Source: Saprolegnia diclina VS20
Taxonomy: Eukaryota
Direction of reading: 5' to 3'
DNA length: 37,711 nt
Assembly (NCBI RefSeq): GCF_000281045.1
Contig: NW_008246180.1
Span: 18,238-55,948, forward strand
In this document: piece after piece, positions 23,979 through 37,096 of the stretch
How the letters are laid out: the number at the start of each line of letters is the position of its first letter
How positions within the stretch are numbered: the first letter of the stretch is position 1
The notes under the pieces: model-generated
Told to the model about the DNA's origin: nothing
Seen by the model: only the letters and a program-made list of their open reading frames with translations
Database searches by the model: none
Made by a program: the position numbers and the translations under genes

Positions 23979-24962
23979 ATGGCCATGCTGACGTGGCATG
24001 CGCTGCCGCGCTGGGTGCACCTGCTTCTGCTTGCCAAGGCGTCGGACGGGACACTGCCGCCGCACCTCGCGACCGTCGTGCGCGTCGCTGTCTATGGCAC
24101 CACGCCCCGCCGCCATCCGAACGCAGCGATTGCGCCGGCGCGGCCGCTCGCCGTGCTGCCGCCGTACCACTCGACCGTCTACAACGCGTTATGCGCGCAG
24201 CCCGCGTCGCACATTGTGCTCTTGCACGGCTGGGGCATGAGCTCCAAGGACTGGGCGACGACGGCCAAGAAGCTCGCCGCTGACCACGCGGTGCTCACGC
24301 TGGACTTTTACGGCCATGGCGCGTCACCGTACCTTCCTCACAACGACATGCACGACCCAAACGTCCTCGTGCACCAAGTCCGCGACGCCATCGAGCGCGC
24401 CGGCTGGGCGACGGCGCAGGTGACGATCGCCGGCATCTCGATGGGCTCGGCCATCGCGCTGCGCTACAGCCAGCGACATCCCGACTCGGTGTACGCAACT
24501 GCTTCTCTTCCACGATCCAAAGCTTGATGTATATGGTGTAGGCGCCGCCTCATTTTGCTCTGCGGCGCCGGCATGGCGGTATCTCGCTGGTATGCACTCA
24601 CCGAGACCATGTCGCGCTGGAACAATGCAATGTTGCTGCGCGTCCACGAACTCAATGCGACGTCGCCGTTCTGGCACGTGGTCTTTCACCGTGTGTCGGT
24701 GCTGCGGGCGATGATCAGCCATAGCTACCTCACGCGCCTCACGCCCGAGTACGGCGTCAACCAAAACCTGCTCCAAGCCGAGACGTTGGCCAAGGTCCAC
24801 GCGTGCATTTGGCCAATGGTCGATGTCCTCCACCCGCTGCAGCTCGAACTGTTTGACGAGGCGCCGCAGCATGTGCAGATCGTACCGGGTGTCGACCACG
24901 CGCTCTTTTGTCTCTTGATCAACGACCTCGCACTCCACGCCAAGCCCGAACTGTGGTTGTAG
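23979..24962 (+). CDS. Alpha/beta-fold hydrolase, two exons
   Basis: IVLLHGWG, LTLDFYGHGAS, GISMG nucleophile elbow, candidate catalytic His in VPGVDHALF; intron ~24489-24541. Confidence 0.85.
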
Positions 24963-25336
24963 GAATTTGTCATGTTTTTTCAAAATGTGCTGTGAAACGA
25001 CGTCATTTCGTTATATTTTCGTCAACTATCGCGGGCCAAATATGTGTTTTGGCGCTCTTCTTGTAGTGAAGGATCCGTGGTCAACAATGTGAAAATCACC
25101 TTGCCACGGGGCTAGGTCTCGTCAAGAGCGTCAGTCACAACTACCGCGCACCCAGTTAGCTCGAGGTTCGAGACCTGGTATGGCTGCGAGTTACGAGTGC
25201 ACCTGCAACAAAAATGCTGAGTGAGGACACGAAGGTTCATCAATTATTGGCGTTTGGGGGGATCGCTGTCGCCGTTGACGGGTTGAGGTCGGTCAACGGC
25301 GCTATAAATACCACAACACATAACTGCGAGCTCTCT

Positions 25337-25350
25337 TCACTTTCAACTTG
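25337..25350 (+). promoter_or_regulatory. INR/FPR-like core-promoter motif
   Basis: TCACTTTCAACTTG ending 12 nt before ATG 25363; TATA-like CTATAAATA at ~25302. Confidence 0.45.
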
Positions 25351-25362
25351 TAATCAAACGCC

Positions 25363-25831
25363 ATGTCGATCCTCCAGCGCGCCGCCGACTACTGTGCGTC
25401 ACCGGCCTTTGAGCGCGTCTTCGAAGAGTTCGCCGAGTGCGCTGCGTCCCGTACCCAGCACTCGCTCAATTGAGAAATGTAGGGAGCATGCGTCGGCGTT
25501 CTATGATTCGGTCGACTCGGACGACGTCGAGCACAAGCACGAATACAAGGAGTTGCACGATGCCTACCTCAAGATTTTTGAGGATCGGCTGCAAGGTTTA
25601 TCGAATTTTGGTCTTATGAGGACGCTATTGAAGTGGAAATTAGGGTTTCTCGAAGACGAAGGCGGGACGACAGCGCAGTTCTACGCAGCGTGCAAGGACA
25701 TTCTCGATGAAAACGACGACCACGGCGAGTACACGTGGTTTGTCAATCGTCTTCTCGCCTCTATGGAGTACAAGCTTTTTTACGGTCTCATGCGCAACGA
25801 AGCCCGGCAGCAACTCCGTCGTCGCAAGTAA
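25363..25831 (+). CDS. BART (ARL2-binding) domain protein, ARL2BP/CFAP36-like, three exons
   Basis: Spliced MSILQRAADYCASPAFERVFEEFAEEHASAF...EHKHEYKELHDAYLKIFEDRLQGFLEDEG...LLASMEYKLFYGLMR fits the BART pattern EH..EY...H..Y...E..L..F and DY..F..LM. Confidence 0.85.
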
Positions 25832-26985
25832 AAAACGAAAAAATGCAGCTGACAATTCTGTACATATCCTAGCACTCTCTTCAATGAAATGGTGGTTTTG
25901 TTGGACGAGGGGACCGCACAACGCGCACACAGAGTGCTCGCGACCGAGTCGAACAGCTGGAAAGAACAGCGGTGGCCTTAAACTAGTGTAGATGGCAGCG
26001 CGTGGACAGCGCGCCAAACAGGGGACGTGCAGTGTTGTGTTGGTGAGGATCCATCCCTTAGGCAACCGTTGGCTCTTGTTGACGTGCGTACTCCTCTGTG
26101 CTTGGCTTATACAGTTGATGCTCGTGTGAACGTGTGCATTGATTATGATCTTGCGATCGGCATGCAATGGTACAGGCCCACGTCGCCCTTTCAAGCGACA
26201 TACCGACGGTCAGAGCTTCGGGACGATGTTTGCGCTAAGCGCTGGGCGTCCACATCGAGCATTGACACCAAGCTCACTTTTTCAAGACACCAAAGCACGC
26301 CTTTTTCAAGGTTTACGGGCACACTATACGAGGAAGCGAGTGCGTTCGGGGATGACTCGCCGTCGTCAGAGGTCGTCTGCAGAGTTTGCGCCTCCAGAAG
26401 CTGCCTGCCCTTTTCCGATCGCGGGTACCCGTCAATCATCCGGATAAAATTGTGCCCCGGTGTACAACATTTCTCAACGGCGATTTCTTCTGCTGTAGAC
26501 CTCGGTCAATGATGGGACGCAGTGTTTCGGACTCTCCAAAGTGTCCTCTATCAACATGCCAAGTTTCAGCGAGTTGGTTTTCAAACGTGATTTGGGCGAT
26601 TGCGAGCCCTGCGGCGGCGACTGCCACGAGCTTGTCGGCGCGGATTGGCCGAAAAAGAAAATTAATTACACCAATGAAAGAAATTAGAAATATAATTATA
26701 TTACAGTGTGGTCTCAAGTAGAACGCGTATTATTTTAAGCAGACTCGTATCGAGGCCAAGAAGGCTCTAGGTTGGAGCCTCAGTTTGGTCGCATCTAAGT
26801 GCAGCTGTACACGTTGGTCTTCTTGTATGAGTGATTGCACAACAAGCAAGCAGAGTGCCCACGAGCGAGGCACAGCTGGAAAAGACAGCGGTCGCCGTCC
26901 AATGCCATATTTAACCACAAATAAACAGTGTCCAAATGCCACATTTAACCACATTTACGCGCAAGCAATTTTGGAATTGGCAGGC

Positions 26986-27545
26986 ATGGCGACGGCGACG
27001 GGGTCGGGGACAACGTCGCCGACGGGACGCAAGCGCCGGCGCGAGAGCATCGAGGTATCCGCTTCGCCGTCCACGCGCGAGCATCCTACGGCCGTATGTA
27101 GGCGCTCGAGTGCACGATCTGCTGCGAGTTTTGCACGACGCAGGGCGACCACCGGCTCGCGAGCCTCGCATGTGGCCATTTTTTCGGCCAGAGCTGCATC
27201 GAGCGCTGGGTCAAGACGAGCAAGACGTGTCCAATCTGCAACCGGGTCGTGAAGCGCAACGACGTGCGCATCCACTTCACCGATACGATCGCGGCCGTCG
27301 ACAATGGCCGCCAGGAAGAGTACAACCAAAAGTACTTGGCCGAAAAACAGGCTCGCATGCAGGTACATCCCGTAAGACGACGACACGGACGATGCATCTG
27401 CATGCGCTAGGCCGAGATGGACGTGGCGCGGCTCAAGCTGCAGGTCTCGACGACCACGCAAGAGATCGAGACGCAAAAGCAGCGCATTATGGAGCTGCTG
27501 GCCGAGAACTCGCGGCTCAAGACCGCACCGATCGTTCTCTCGGAC

Positions 27546-27578
<33 letters not shown>

Positions 27579-28964
27579 AAGGATGAGGACGAGGCGGACT
27601 CTGCTTCCCGGCTCGAGTACACGCGCGTGAACGACGTGCCAATTCCTTGCATGGAAGCCCGCGTCTGTGGCTTCTCGTCGACCTGTGACATGGTCTGCAT
27701 TGGCACACGGACGCATGTGTCCAACGACGAAGGCGCCCAGCATGGGCTGCTCCAGGTATCTAGCTACATATCCCTTGTATGAGAGACATATGATGATGGC
27801 GTGTCTAGGTGAGTACCGTGGACGTGCACCACCGCGTGTCGATTCCCTTACACAAGTCGCCTGTCCGCGACCTTGCCTTCTCACATGACGACGCCCTTGT
27901 CGCGACCACAGCATTTGACGCCAAGCTCCTCCTCGTACGCGCCTCCATCTTCTCTTCTTCTAGGACTCTGAGATGTCCTATTTAGACAAGTACCAAGTCC
28001 CACACGTGTGTGCTCAAGTACAACCTCCCGTTTCCTGGCTGGTCGTGCACCTGGGATGCGACCAATCCATTTCTCGTACGCCCTTTCTAGTCGGGTGCGC
28101 AACGAGAATGATGCGACTGGACTGGGTGTAGGTGTACTGTGGTCACCACAATGGCCAGATCTCGGTATTTGATATTCGGCGCACCGGGTCGCCCGTCCAG
28201 AATCTGGCCCACCAGCTCAAGCAGCCTGTGCACTCGATTCGCACCATGCAGCACGGCAATACCAAGGTACGTCAATGTTCCATAGTCCTTTGTTACTAAA
28301 AATGACATGGTTATAGACTATTGTGGCAGCTACGTTTACAGGCGTGTCGATGTGGCATGCGCCGGACGGCGTCACGGTCCCGACCGACCCGAGCTTGAAC
28401 ATGGAAGTGAAAAATTGCTTTTCGATGGGCCACAACCAAGTCCGGCCGACGCAGCTCATCGTTTCGACGCGGACGCAGCTGCCGTCGTCGCCCGCTCAGC
28501 ACTTTGTCTTGTCGGTGCAACACACCAGCAACCAGCTGCAGACGGTGTCCGATGCGGTCGTTCAGGTATCTTGTGAATCTTCCTCAATCTGAAAATGAAC
28601 CAATGGCGCTGGATAGGGTCACCGCACGCCGTCGGCGCTGTCTCGGTCGGCCATGTGGCACCTGCCACGTCAAGGCAGCCCGGTGGTGGCGTCGGCCGAT
28701 GACGAGTCGCACCAGCTGTGGCTCTGGAACACTACGTCTGGTACCGTTGTGCGCAAGCTCGACCCAAAGCTGCCGTCGTCGATCGTCGATGTTCAGCATG
28801 GGATTGTACCGAATGTGGCGGCCGAGCAAGGCTGGCTCGCCGTCATGAGCAAGGAGGCGCTTGTCCTATACAAGTCGACGGCGTCCCCCCTTAGCACCCA
28901 GCGCCCGTCGTCAACGTCATTCTTTGCTTCTCAAGGGCGGCCAACCCAGCGATCGACGGGATAA
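26986..28964 (+). CDS. RING finger + coiled coil + WD40 E3 ubiquitin ligase, RFWD3-like, multi-exon
   Basis: CTICCEFCTTQGDHRLASLACGHFFGQSCIERW...CPIC (RFWD3-type RING with HRL..L.CGH.FG..CI..W), coiled coil, poly-Asp tract, WD40-like exons (SCTWDA, GQISVFDIRR, LWLWN). Confidence 0.85.
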
Positions 28965-29162
28965 CGCGGTGTTGATTTTGTCCATTTTCTCAGCTGTCAG
29001 GCTGCCACGTGGATCGCGCACCTGATTGGCCGGCCGGTGTTTTACACAGTGGTATTTATGGAGTGTGTGTGAAATATATTTCCCACGTGTGTGCCAGCTA
29101 CTAAAAATGGCACATTGGCCGATAGTTGTGGCACGTGTGGCAGATAAATTTGGCACTTGCGC

Positions 29163-30699
29163 ATGATGGCGGCCACCATCGTCTTTGCATGGGGCTCTGG
29201 TAGATGTCATTGCATGCTGCAGCCGCGCTCATGGTCCAGTAGGCTCGGACGGACAGCTCGGCCTTGGCGACAGCGCGGACCACGCCGAGCCGCGGCCGCT
29301 CGATCTCGGCGCCTTGCAGAGCCCGGTGGCGCTGACCACGGGCGGCTGCCATAGCGCGGGTACGGCGTCGGTGCTATCTAGGCGCTCTTGCTCAACGCTA
29401 TTCTAGCTGTGGATGCCACTGGCGCGCTATACATGTGGGGCAGCAACGCCCATGCCCAGCTGCATCTTGACGTTCCGACAGCGCAAGCTCCTGTGAAGAT
29501 CGCGATCGAGGTACGCAGTGCGTCCAGACCGTGTCCAAGTGACTTTTGTCCGTGTAGCCGCGCGTCGCGCTTGTGCGCTGCGGCTGGTCACATACCGTCG
29601 CCGTTGCCACGCACGCCGATGGTCTCTCGACGGTCTACAGCTGGGGTAGCAACCAGCACGACCAGCTCGGTCAGACAACGACGTCGGGTGGGCTCTGGAA
29701 GCAGCTACGTCCGCACATTTCCTCAAGCGTACGTAGACAAAGCGGGCCTCGTGCAAAACCCACTGCGCTTTCTCGCGCCTGTGCTGGCCGTTGTCAGTGT
29801 AGCCAGCGGGTGGAAGCACTCGCTCCTTGCGACGAGCGATGGCCGAGTACACATTTGCCTTCTCTCATCAACTGCTCACATGGCGGACGTAGGTGTTTAC
29901 CTGGGGCTATGGTCGGTCGGGCGAGCTTGGACTGGGGCCTAAGACGCTTCGTGCACCGACACCTACATTGGTGCCCATCGACGGAGCCGTCGCCGCCGTC
30001 TACTGCGGGTGGCAGCACTCAGTGTTCCACTTGACGTCCAAGGGTCTTGTCGTTGTTGGCAGCAACCGACACGGGCAGCTCGGGCTCGGCAACGAGGTGC
30101 GTTGCCCGAAATCTAGAAATGTGGGGAAAACTGGAACTGGTCGACTGACCAGAATGCAATGTAGAGTCGCAAGCAAGTCTTCGAACCCACGCCCATACTC
30201 GAAGCAGCTTCCGCCGCGCTGTTTTGCTGTGATCACGTCGCTGTCGGGTGGCATCACGTTCTGGGTGTTCACGATGGCGCCGTGTATTCCTGGGGCAAAG
30301 GCTCGTTCGGTCAGCTCGGTGGGTTGCGTACCTCCTCTCTCTGTCACTCAGATAAGCTTGTTAACGTAGGCCATGATAGCGTCAATGGAGAGCATACACC
30401 GCGCCTCTTGGTCATGGACGAGCGCATCAACCACGTGGCGTGCGGCTCGGAGCATTCGCTTCTTGGTACGTTGACGTGGTAGCATCTCGAACCTCACGTC
30501 GCTTCTACGACCAGTGACAGCAAGCGGCCGACTCTACTCGTGCGGCTGGGGCGAGCATGGGAATCTTGGTCATGGCGACACGCAGAACGTGGCAAGGCCG
30601 ACGCCCGTTGCGTACTTCGACAAGCATCGCCTGCATGTGCTCTCGGCTGTTGCAGCTGGTGCGACCTCGTTTGCTATGGCGACAAGCCAACGCGCATGA
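29163..30699 (+). CDS. RCC1-repeat beta-propeller protein (SERGEF/UVR8-like), multi-exon
   Basis: Repeated VFAWG..DGQLGLG, GGCHSA, CGWSHT, SGWKHSL, CGWQHS, VGWHH, CGSEHS, CGWGEHGNLGHG; stop TGA 30697-30699. Confidence 0.9.
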
Positions 30700-31282
30700 T
30701 ATGGATAGCCTATCTATTGAGAGATGCTAGAGAATAGAGACGACGAAATGACGGCTGCTAAAGAGCCTGAGTGCAGCTACTTGTTGGCAACGCTGTGGTC
30801 CAAGCACGTTGGTGTACTCGCCAAGGGACTCTGTGGTGGCTGCACGTTTGAGCTACTCGCCACGTAAGACTCGACTCCAACACCTTTGGCCTACGTTTTG
30901 CTGGCGCTCCCGGACCGGCCATGTCGCCGACCGGCGTGCACCGTCTAGCCCGCATGGCCTTGTCTCTGAGCGGTCCACGTCAACACGCGTCGTCTCTGGC
31001 ACGACGCAATCGTCCTCGCTGTCGCCTAATCTCTTGTCTCTCTACCCACTACTGCGATCGACGCGCGCCGGTGCTTGGCGCTTGCTGGCCACCCTTCTCG
31101 TGGCGGCGTCATGGCCGGTCAGCAGCGACGTCAACGGCTGCATCACGTGGCAGCGCATGTCGCAGAGCACCCCGGGGCACCAGAATGTACACAGCATATG
31201 CTGTGTTGACGTATCCAGTGTACGTGCCCCGGTATTTCGAGCCTGTGGGATCTTCAGCATTTTCGAGATTGCACTTGGTCCC

Positions 31283-32664
31283 ATGCTGGCGTACCTCTTC
31301 CTCGCCGGCCTCGCCTACGTGGCGCTGCGGCTCTACCTCACGCCCCGCAAGATCCTCATCAACTGGGTCGCCAACTCGCACCTGTACTACTACTTCCACC
31401 TGCGCCAGGTGCGCCAGCGCCATGCGACGCCGGGCTACAAGGGCACCTCGCATGAAGCCGCCGCCTTCGATGGCCACGCCGCCATTGTCACGGCGCCCTT
31501 CCTCGACGACAACTACGCCTACTTGCTCATCGACAAGGCGTCGGGCGACTGCGCGCTCGTCGATCCCGCCGACCCGTACGCGCTGCTCGACGTCTGGCGT
31601 GAGGTCGTCCTGCGGTATCGCAATGAACACAACATCACCCTGCGCCTCAAGTACATTTTGACGACGCACAAGCACTTTGACCACGCGGGCGGCAACAAGA
31701 TCCTCGCGGCCGAGTTTCCCGACGTCGTCGTTGTCGGTGGCATCCTCGACAACGTCCTCGGCGCGACCAAGCTCACGTGGCATAAGGATGCGCTCATGCT
31801 TGGCAGCCTCCACATCGAGACGCTGGCGCTGCCGTGCCATACCATCGTACGTCCTTCTCTACGATTCCGTCGCTGCGGATGAGGTTGATGACGATGTGGT
31901 GTGTAGGGCCATGTCGGGTATTACGTCACGGCGCCGGGCAAGTCCAAGGACGGCTGTGTCTTCACCGGCGATACATGTGATCCTACTTCATCTTTCGATA
32001 TGATCATCTCATGCAAAGGGTAGTGTTTGTGGCCGGAACAGGACGCTTCTTTGAGGGCAACGGCGACCAGGTAGACGCACGATTGCATGGACGATAATGA
32101 ACGACTCTATGTAGATGTACCGGAACCTGCATGTGGTGCTGGGTGGCCTTCCCAAGACGACCAATGTCTATGGCGGCCACGAGTACACGCTGGAGAACCT
32201 GGCGTTTGCTCTGTTTGTCGAGCCAGAGAACGAAGCTGTCCAGGCCAAGGTCCTCTCTTGTCTTGTTTTGGTTGTTGACGCTGGCTCAAAGCAAAGGTGT
32301 AGATTGAGTGGGCAATTGCGCAGCGCAAGAAGCGACTGCCGACGGTCCCGTCGACGCTCGCCGACGAGTGGGCAACAAACCCGTTCCTGCGCACCGACGT
32401 TCCCGCTGTCGCTCAGGCAATTGCAACCCACCATGTACTCTTGGCACTTAGCTCTTGTGATTTCTGATGGGACCATGGACGTAGCATGCCAAGCATCCGA
32501 AGCACCCTGGCGAGCTCGTCCAATGTCTGCGCGAACTGAAGGACGCGGACGTGCATGTCAAGGAGATGGCGGCGATCGACGCGTACACTTGCATCCAAGG
32601 TGACCACAGACACTCTAATGCCCTTTACGTAGACGCTTCTAACAGCAACGACCAGGGTGCATGA
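31283..32664 (+). CDS. Hydroxyacylglutathione hydrolase (glyoxalase II), PNKD-like with N-terminal TM segment, multi-exon
   Basis: DNYAYLL, LVDPAD, TTHKHFDHAGGN, PCHT.GHV, FTGDT.FVAGTGRFFEG, GGHEYTLENL, PTVPSTLADEWATNPFLR; stop TGA 32662-32664. Confidence 0.92.
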
Positions 32665-32961
32665 GGTTCGGTGGACTGGGAAGAAGGGCTCGCAGCGAGC
32701 GCCCAACATTGATCGTAGTCTATCTTGTTGATCGTTGCCATGGAGTGTACCCTCCTACACTGACGCACTGGAGGATGCTCGCCGACGCATCGAGTGAAAG
32801 CTGTTGTCGAGTGCGAAGTAAATTGAGTTGCCTGCCACCTCCACGGTACTCGTCCTAGTATTCCCACAAAAACTGCGGACGAGCACGGGTTGGGCTTTGG
32901 ATTCGAACGAACTCGATTGTGGTGCGCCAAGAACTCGAAAGTTGTATTTTGGTTATACATG

Positions 32962-34103
32962 CTAGACGTCGGCAGTGCGGCAGTACACGTCGTTGCTCGG
33001 GTACGCGACAGCACAGACAATGCCGTTGGACACGGTGAAATGATTCCATGTGCCTTCGTATGTTGTCCACTTGAACGGGATGTAGATCGAAGTGCACCAG
33101 ATCGCGCGGTCCGTCGTGAGGATGCAGTTGCTCTCTGCAGTGACAGCAACGCTGGTAGCAATAGCTTGCGAGCCAAATGGAGTTATCTAGTAAGTGTTGA
33201 GAAGCGTCCCGTAGTAAAATGTGCTATCGCTGACGTACACGGCATTCGTGTATGGAGGAGAGTACACTGCAACCGAGGCGACGGCATTGGCCTTCCATGG
33301 CTCGCCAAAGGTGTCGGCGCTGGCAGACGCGCAGTACACTTTGTCCGACGTCGTCGCACAAAGAATGCCACGCTGCGCATCAAACTGCTTGATGGTCGCC
33401 GAAGTAGCCAACGTCGTCACGTGCGCCGCTTTCGAGGTCAAGTTGTACGAGGTGATTTCGCGCCCAGACGAAGAGAGTGCATAGATGACGCCGCTTCTGC
33501 AGACCACTTGCAAGCAGCGTCCACGCCGATCGGCGTGTGTTTCCACTGAGAGACCGAGTCGTCCTTCTTCCCCATGTAGATTCGGCCGTCTTGACCGACG
33601 GCGCAAATGGTGTTGTCGTCCAACGACACTTGCGCAAAGTCACTACCAAGACGCACCCACGGGGCTGGCATAGTTGGTGTCGTCGTTGGCGCAGGAGTCT
33701 CGGTCGTCGTTGGCGCAGGCGTCTCGGTCGTCGTTGGCGCAGGCGTCTCGGTCGTCGTCGATGCAGGCGTCTCGGTCGTCGTTGGCGCAGGCGTCTCGGT
33801 CGTCGTCGGTGCAGGAGTCTCGGTCGTCGTCGGTGCAGGAGTCTCGGTCGTCGTCGGTGCAGGAGTCTCGGTCGTCGTTGGCGCAGGCGTCTCGGTCGTC
33901 GTCGGTGCAGGTGTCTCGGTCGTCGTTGCTGCGGGTGCAGCAGTGGTCGGCTCGGGCATCGCGGTCGGTACAGGCGCAATGGTTGTCACAGTGGGAACTG
34001 GCGCACGCGTTGGGGTATCGACGCCACACCCAAGGTGCTCCGTGGAGAAACTCGCAACGACCAAGGTCGCGCATACGGCGATGCGCAAGATGACGGCCTT
34101 CAT
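32962..34103 (-). pseudogene. Secreted mucin-like/tectonin-like beta-propeller gene with a frameshift and a premature stop
   Basis: Signal peptide MKAVILRIAVCATLVVASFS, TTTETPAP repeats, WVRLGSDFAQVSLDDNTICAV repeats; 1-nt deletion near 33515 relative to the paralog (GAC GCT GC TTG vs GAC GCT CCG CTG) and in-frame TAG at 33189-33187; homologous reading continues to TAG 32964-32962. Confidence 0.82.
33679..33926 (-). repeat. 24-bp coding tandem repeat, about 10 copies (TTTETPAP)
   Basis: gtctcggtcgtcgt recurs every 24 nt from 33697 to 33913. Confidence 0.95.
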
Positions 34104-34116
34104 GCTCCTTAAGTGG

Positions 34117-34133
34117 CAAATGCAAAAGTGAAG
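34117..34133 (-). promoter_or_regulatory. INR/FPR-like core-promoter motif
   Basis: CTTCACTTTTGCATTTG on the minus strand, 13 nt before ATG 34103. Confidence 0.55.
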
Positions 34134-36208
34134 ACTCGACACATCTACCACCCATCCAACTCAAGGTTGTTGGACCGGTAGAGAGGGCGCGTGCAGATGG
34201 CGACACATCGAATGGCAGTAACTACGTCCATTGCGCACTAATTTGATTTGCTCTCCCAGTCTTAGTTCCCCGTCCAGGTAAAATGCAAAATGAACTTTCA
34301 TGTACAGCTGTATGAAAACACATGCATTTAGGTGCGGTGGGCAGTCGTACAGTCTGTAGCGAAGTCTGTGCTGTTCTGCTCTCAACACTGCAGGACCTAC
34401 CCTATACAAGTATAACTTTGGTCGACTCTAAGAACCGAAATACAGAACTTGAAAGCCACCATCGGCAGCACGACAATCTACTCTTTCGCCTCGGAGGGTC
34501 GCCTGCATACAACCATGTGGCAGCGCCATGCTGCTGGCTCCACAGACCACATTTATGGCCTGGTCGTGACAAGACGTAGCATTTGCCATAACACGCATCT
34601 CTTCCGTTCAAGAAGGTGCTGCCAGGGGGCGATTGCATCGTAAGAGCGAGTGCACTAGACCTATACTAGTACAATGATGATGCGTCGACGAGGTCGTGGA
34701 CGAGAATGAACGCCCTGTCAAGTACGCCCTGTCAGCTATTTCACATCAAAGAAACAGCTGCGCGAGGTTGACAGTGATTTGAAACATCTGCCGACGTGTC
34801 GACCCTAGTTCTACAGTCCAACAATCTTGTGCAAAGGGCACGTAGGTGGCTGTAATACACAAAATTCATCCATTTGAGATACCTCAACAACTGTAGATTC
34901 GGTGTGTCGGTTGGAAATGATGCGCAAAGCACTGCACGCTGCATAGTCTTACCCGATACGCAACACAATGCACATCATGTCGTCCACTGTACCGCTGCGC
35001 AGCTCCTTCGTCGAGTGAGCCCTCAAGTCGGTACGAGGAAATCTTCGCCATTTGTAACGCGTTGTGCTTCAGAAGTGGACAACATGTCGTCATCCTCGGC
35101 ACATCCGTCGACCCTATGCGCCACAATCCCGTGCAAAGTGCCTATGCCCGAACCACATATCGGAGCGTATGTCGGAAGAGCAGTTCGTTTGCTACGTGAA
35201 CCCTCCCACCACCCGTTGCAGTACATTGGTATACAAGGTACCATTGGCAGCGAATAAGAGCCGCTTGTCTTTGTGTGGGAACGTGACGGCTCTTCGTTGT
35301 CAGCGATTCGAGGTGTTTGTACAAATCAATTACGGTATGAGCAGTAGTACCGGCAGGACAGATTCGGTAGTGACGCGTCGTCGAATTTGTTGCAGTGTAC
35401 GCGTCGTTGGTGCTCGTGTGGGCGCAGTCTTGCGCTCGTCACGCGCAAATAATATAATGTGGCGAAAACACTAGATTGATGCGATAGCATACAATAGACG
35501 ATCGAGACGCGCTCTGCAAAGCGGTCGCGGCGTGCGTCTCCTTCAACGTGCAGCATCTTCGAGCTCTGAGTTTGCATGAATAGTACACTGTAGTGCTTCT
35601 CGTAAGTACTCTTGTTCACTGGTCAGCCCAAACCACAAGATACACGACCTCGGACGCACTGATCGACTTGGTTGTCACGCCTTGGCCGGCTCAGTTTGCT
35701 AGTTTTGAGGCCACGACACCGCGACGACTGGTGACCAAGCTACATACCCTAGCAGAGACATCGACCGCAACGGGCCTCTTGCTCACTGTTGTTGTAGCAT
35801 TCAACGACGCAAGGAGGGGCAGGATGGCACAAAGGTGAATCGAAAGACACTTGTAGGACGGCGGCCAGAGCTGCCCCCGCGCTGGGCTCTGCAGCGGCGC
35901 ATCGTTTGAGAGACTGCGACGCTGGTTGTGATGATGCAACGGGTTCGAACTAGAGGCCCGCTCGGGTGCCAACGAGGTGGATGAATATTCGGCTCAGGTC
36001 GTCGCCTCATTCGAATCTCGAATGCGCTAGAGTAGCTGCTTGAGTGCCCAGCAATTGTACCGTACAATGCTACAGGTCTGAAAGATCTTTGACCAGTCTC
36101 GCTACGACGGATACGTCTTGCATATCCGGAAGATTGCGACCCTAGCCACGACCAATCAGCGACGAGAATGCAGAAAAGCCATCATCACCAACCTCCAGCC
36201 GGCCAGGC

Positions 36209-36613
36209 GGCTACAAGGGCACGTCGCATGAAGCCACCGCCTTTGATGGCCACGCCGCCATTGTCACGGCGCCCTTCCTCGACGACAACTACGCCTACCT
36301 GCTCATCGACAAGGCGTCGGGCGACTGCGCGCTCGTCGATCCCGCCGACCCGTACGCGCTGCTCGACGTCTGGCGCGAAGTCGTCCTGCGGTATCGCAAT
36401 GACCACCATATCACCCTGCGCCTCAAGTACATTTTGACGACGCACAAGCACTTTGACCACGCGGGCGGCAACAAGATCCTCGCGGCCGAGTTTCCCGACG
36501 TCGTCGTTGTCGGTGGCATCCTCCACAACGTCCTCAGCCCCACCAAGCTCACGTGGCATAAGGATGCGCTCATGCTTGGCAGCCTCCGCATCGAGACGCT
36601 GGCGATGCCGTGC
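36209..36613 (+). pseudogene. Duplicated 405-bp fragment of glyoxalase II exon 1
   Basis: Near-identical, ungapped copy of 31433-31837; lacks start codon, TM segment and all downstream exons, ending just before the His of PCHT. Confidence 0.92.
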
Positions 36614-37096
36614 ACGTCCTTCTTTACAAGCGAGTGTCGAGAAGCTCTGCGCACGACAGACCCTGCGCGTGGGCGCAAATGCGCTGGTCTTCGATCACAT
36701 CACCAAACCCTCTTCTCTAACTACTCTCTTTCTTTGATAAATCTTCATTTTCAATCTCCAAACTCAATGTCAAACACACTCTTCGGATTGAAATACTGGA
36801 ATGTTCACATCACCAAACGACTCTGCGCGCGGATGCAAGCGGTGTGGCCCCTCCGTGCGACCAAACGTGGAAACGGTGTTGATGATTTCGGGGTGTCAGA
36901 GATGCCGCAAGGGACTACAGTAGGCGGTGGCTGTCCGAGATAACTCTACTTGATCGTCCGCGCTCGCCTTGACTCTTCTCACCGTACCAGGTACGTACTC
37001 CCACAGGCAAACCGCGGACGAGCTCGGATTAGGACCAACTCAATAGTCTCCTGTTCTGCAAGAACTCAAAGTCGCATTATGAGAGGATTTTATATG

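Noticed and set aside
9661..25831. RIIAD1-like, EF-hand and BART-domain genes as a flagellar gene cluster
   Set aside because: Interspersed with unrelated genes; compatible with chance in a flagellated organism
27543..27578. GAC/GAT microsatellite (also TCG run at ~14047-14070)
   Set aside because: Ordinary poly-Asp and poly-Ser coding tracts
30760..31200. Possible small minus-strand gene upstream of glyoxalase II
   Set aside because: Would need an implausibly short (~24 nt) intron and has no motif; cannot be supported without transcripts
33679..33926. Regular repeat array resembling CRISPR
   Set aside because: Head-to-tail 24-bp units with no unique spacers, in frame within a secreted-protein gene; no cas genes
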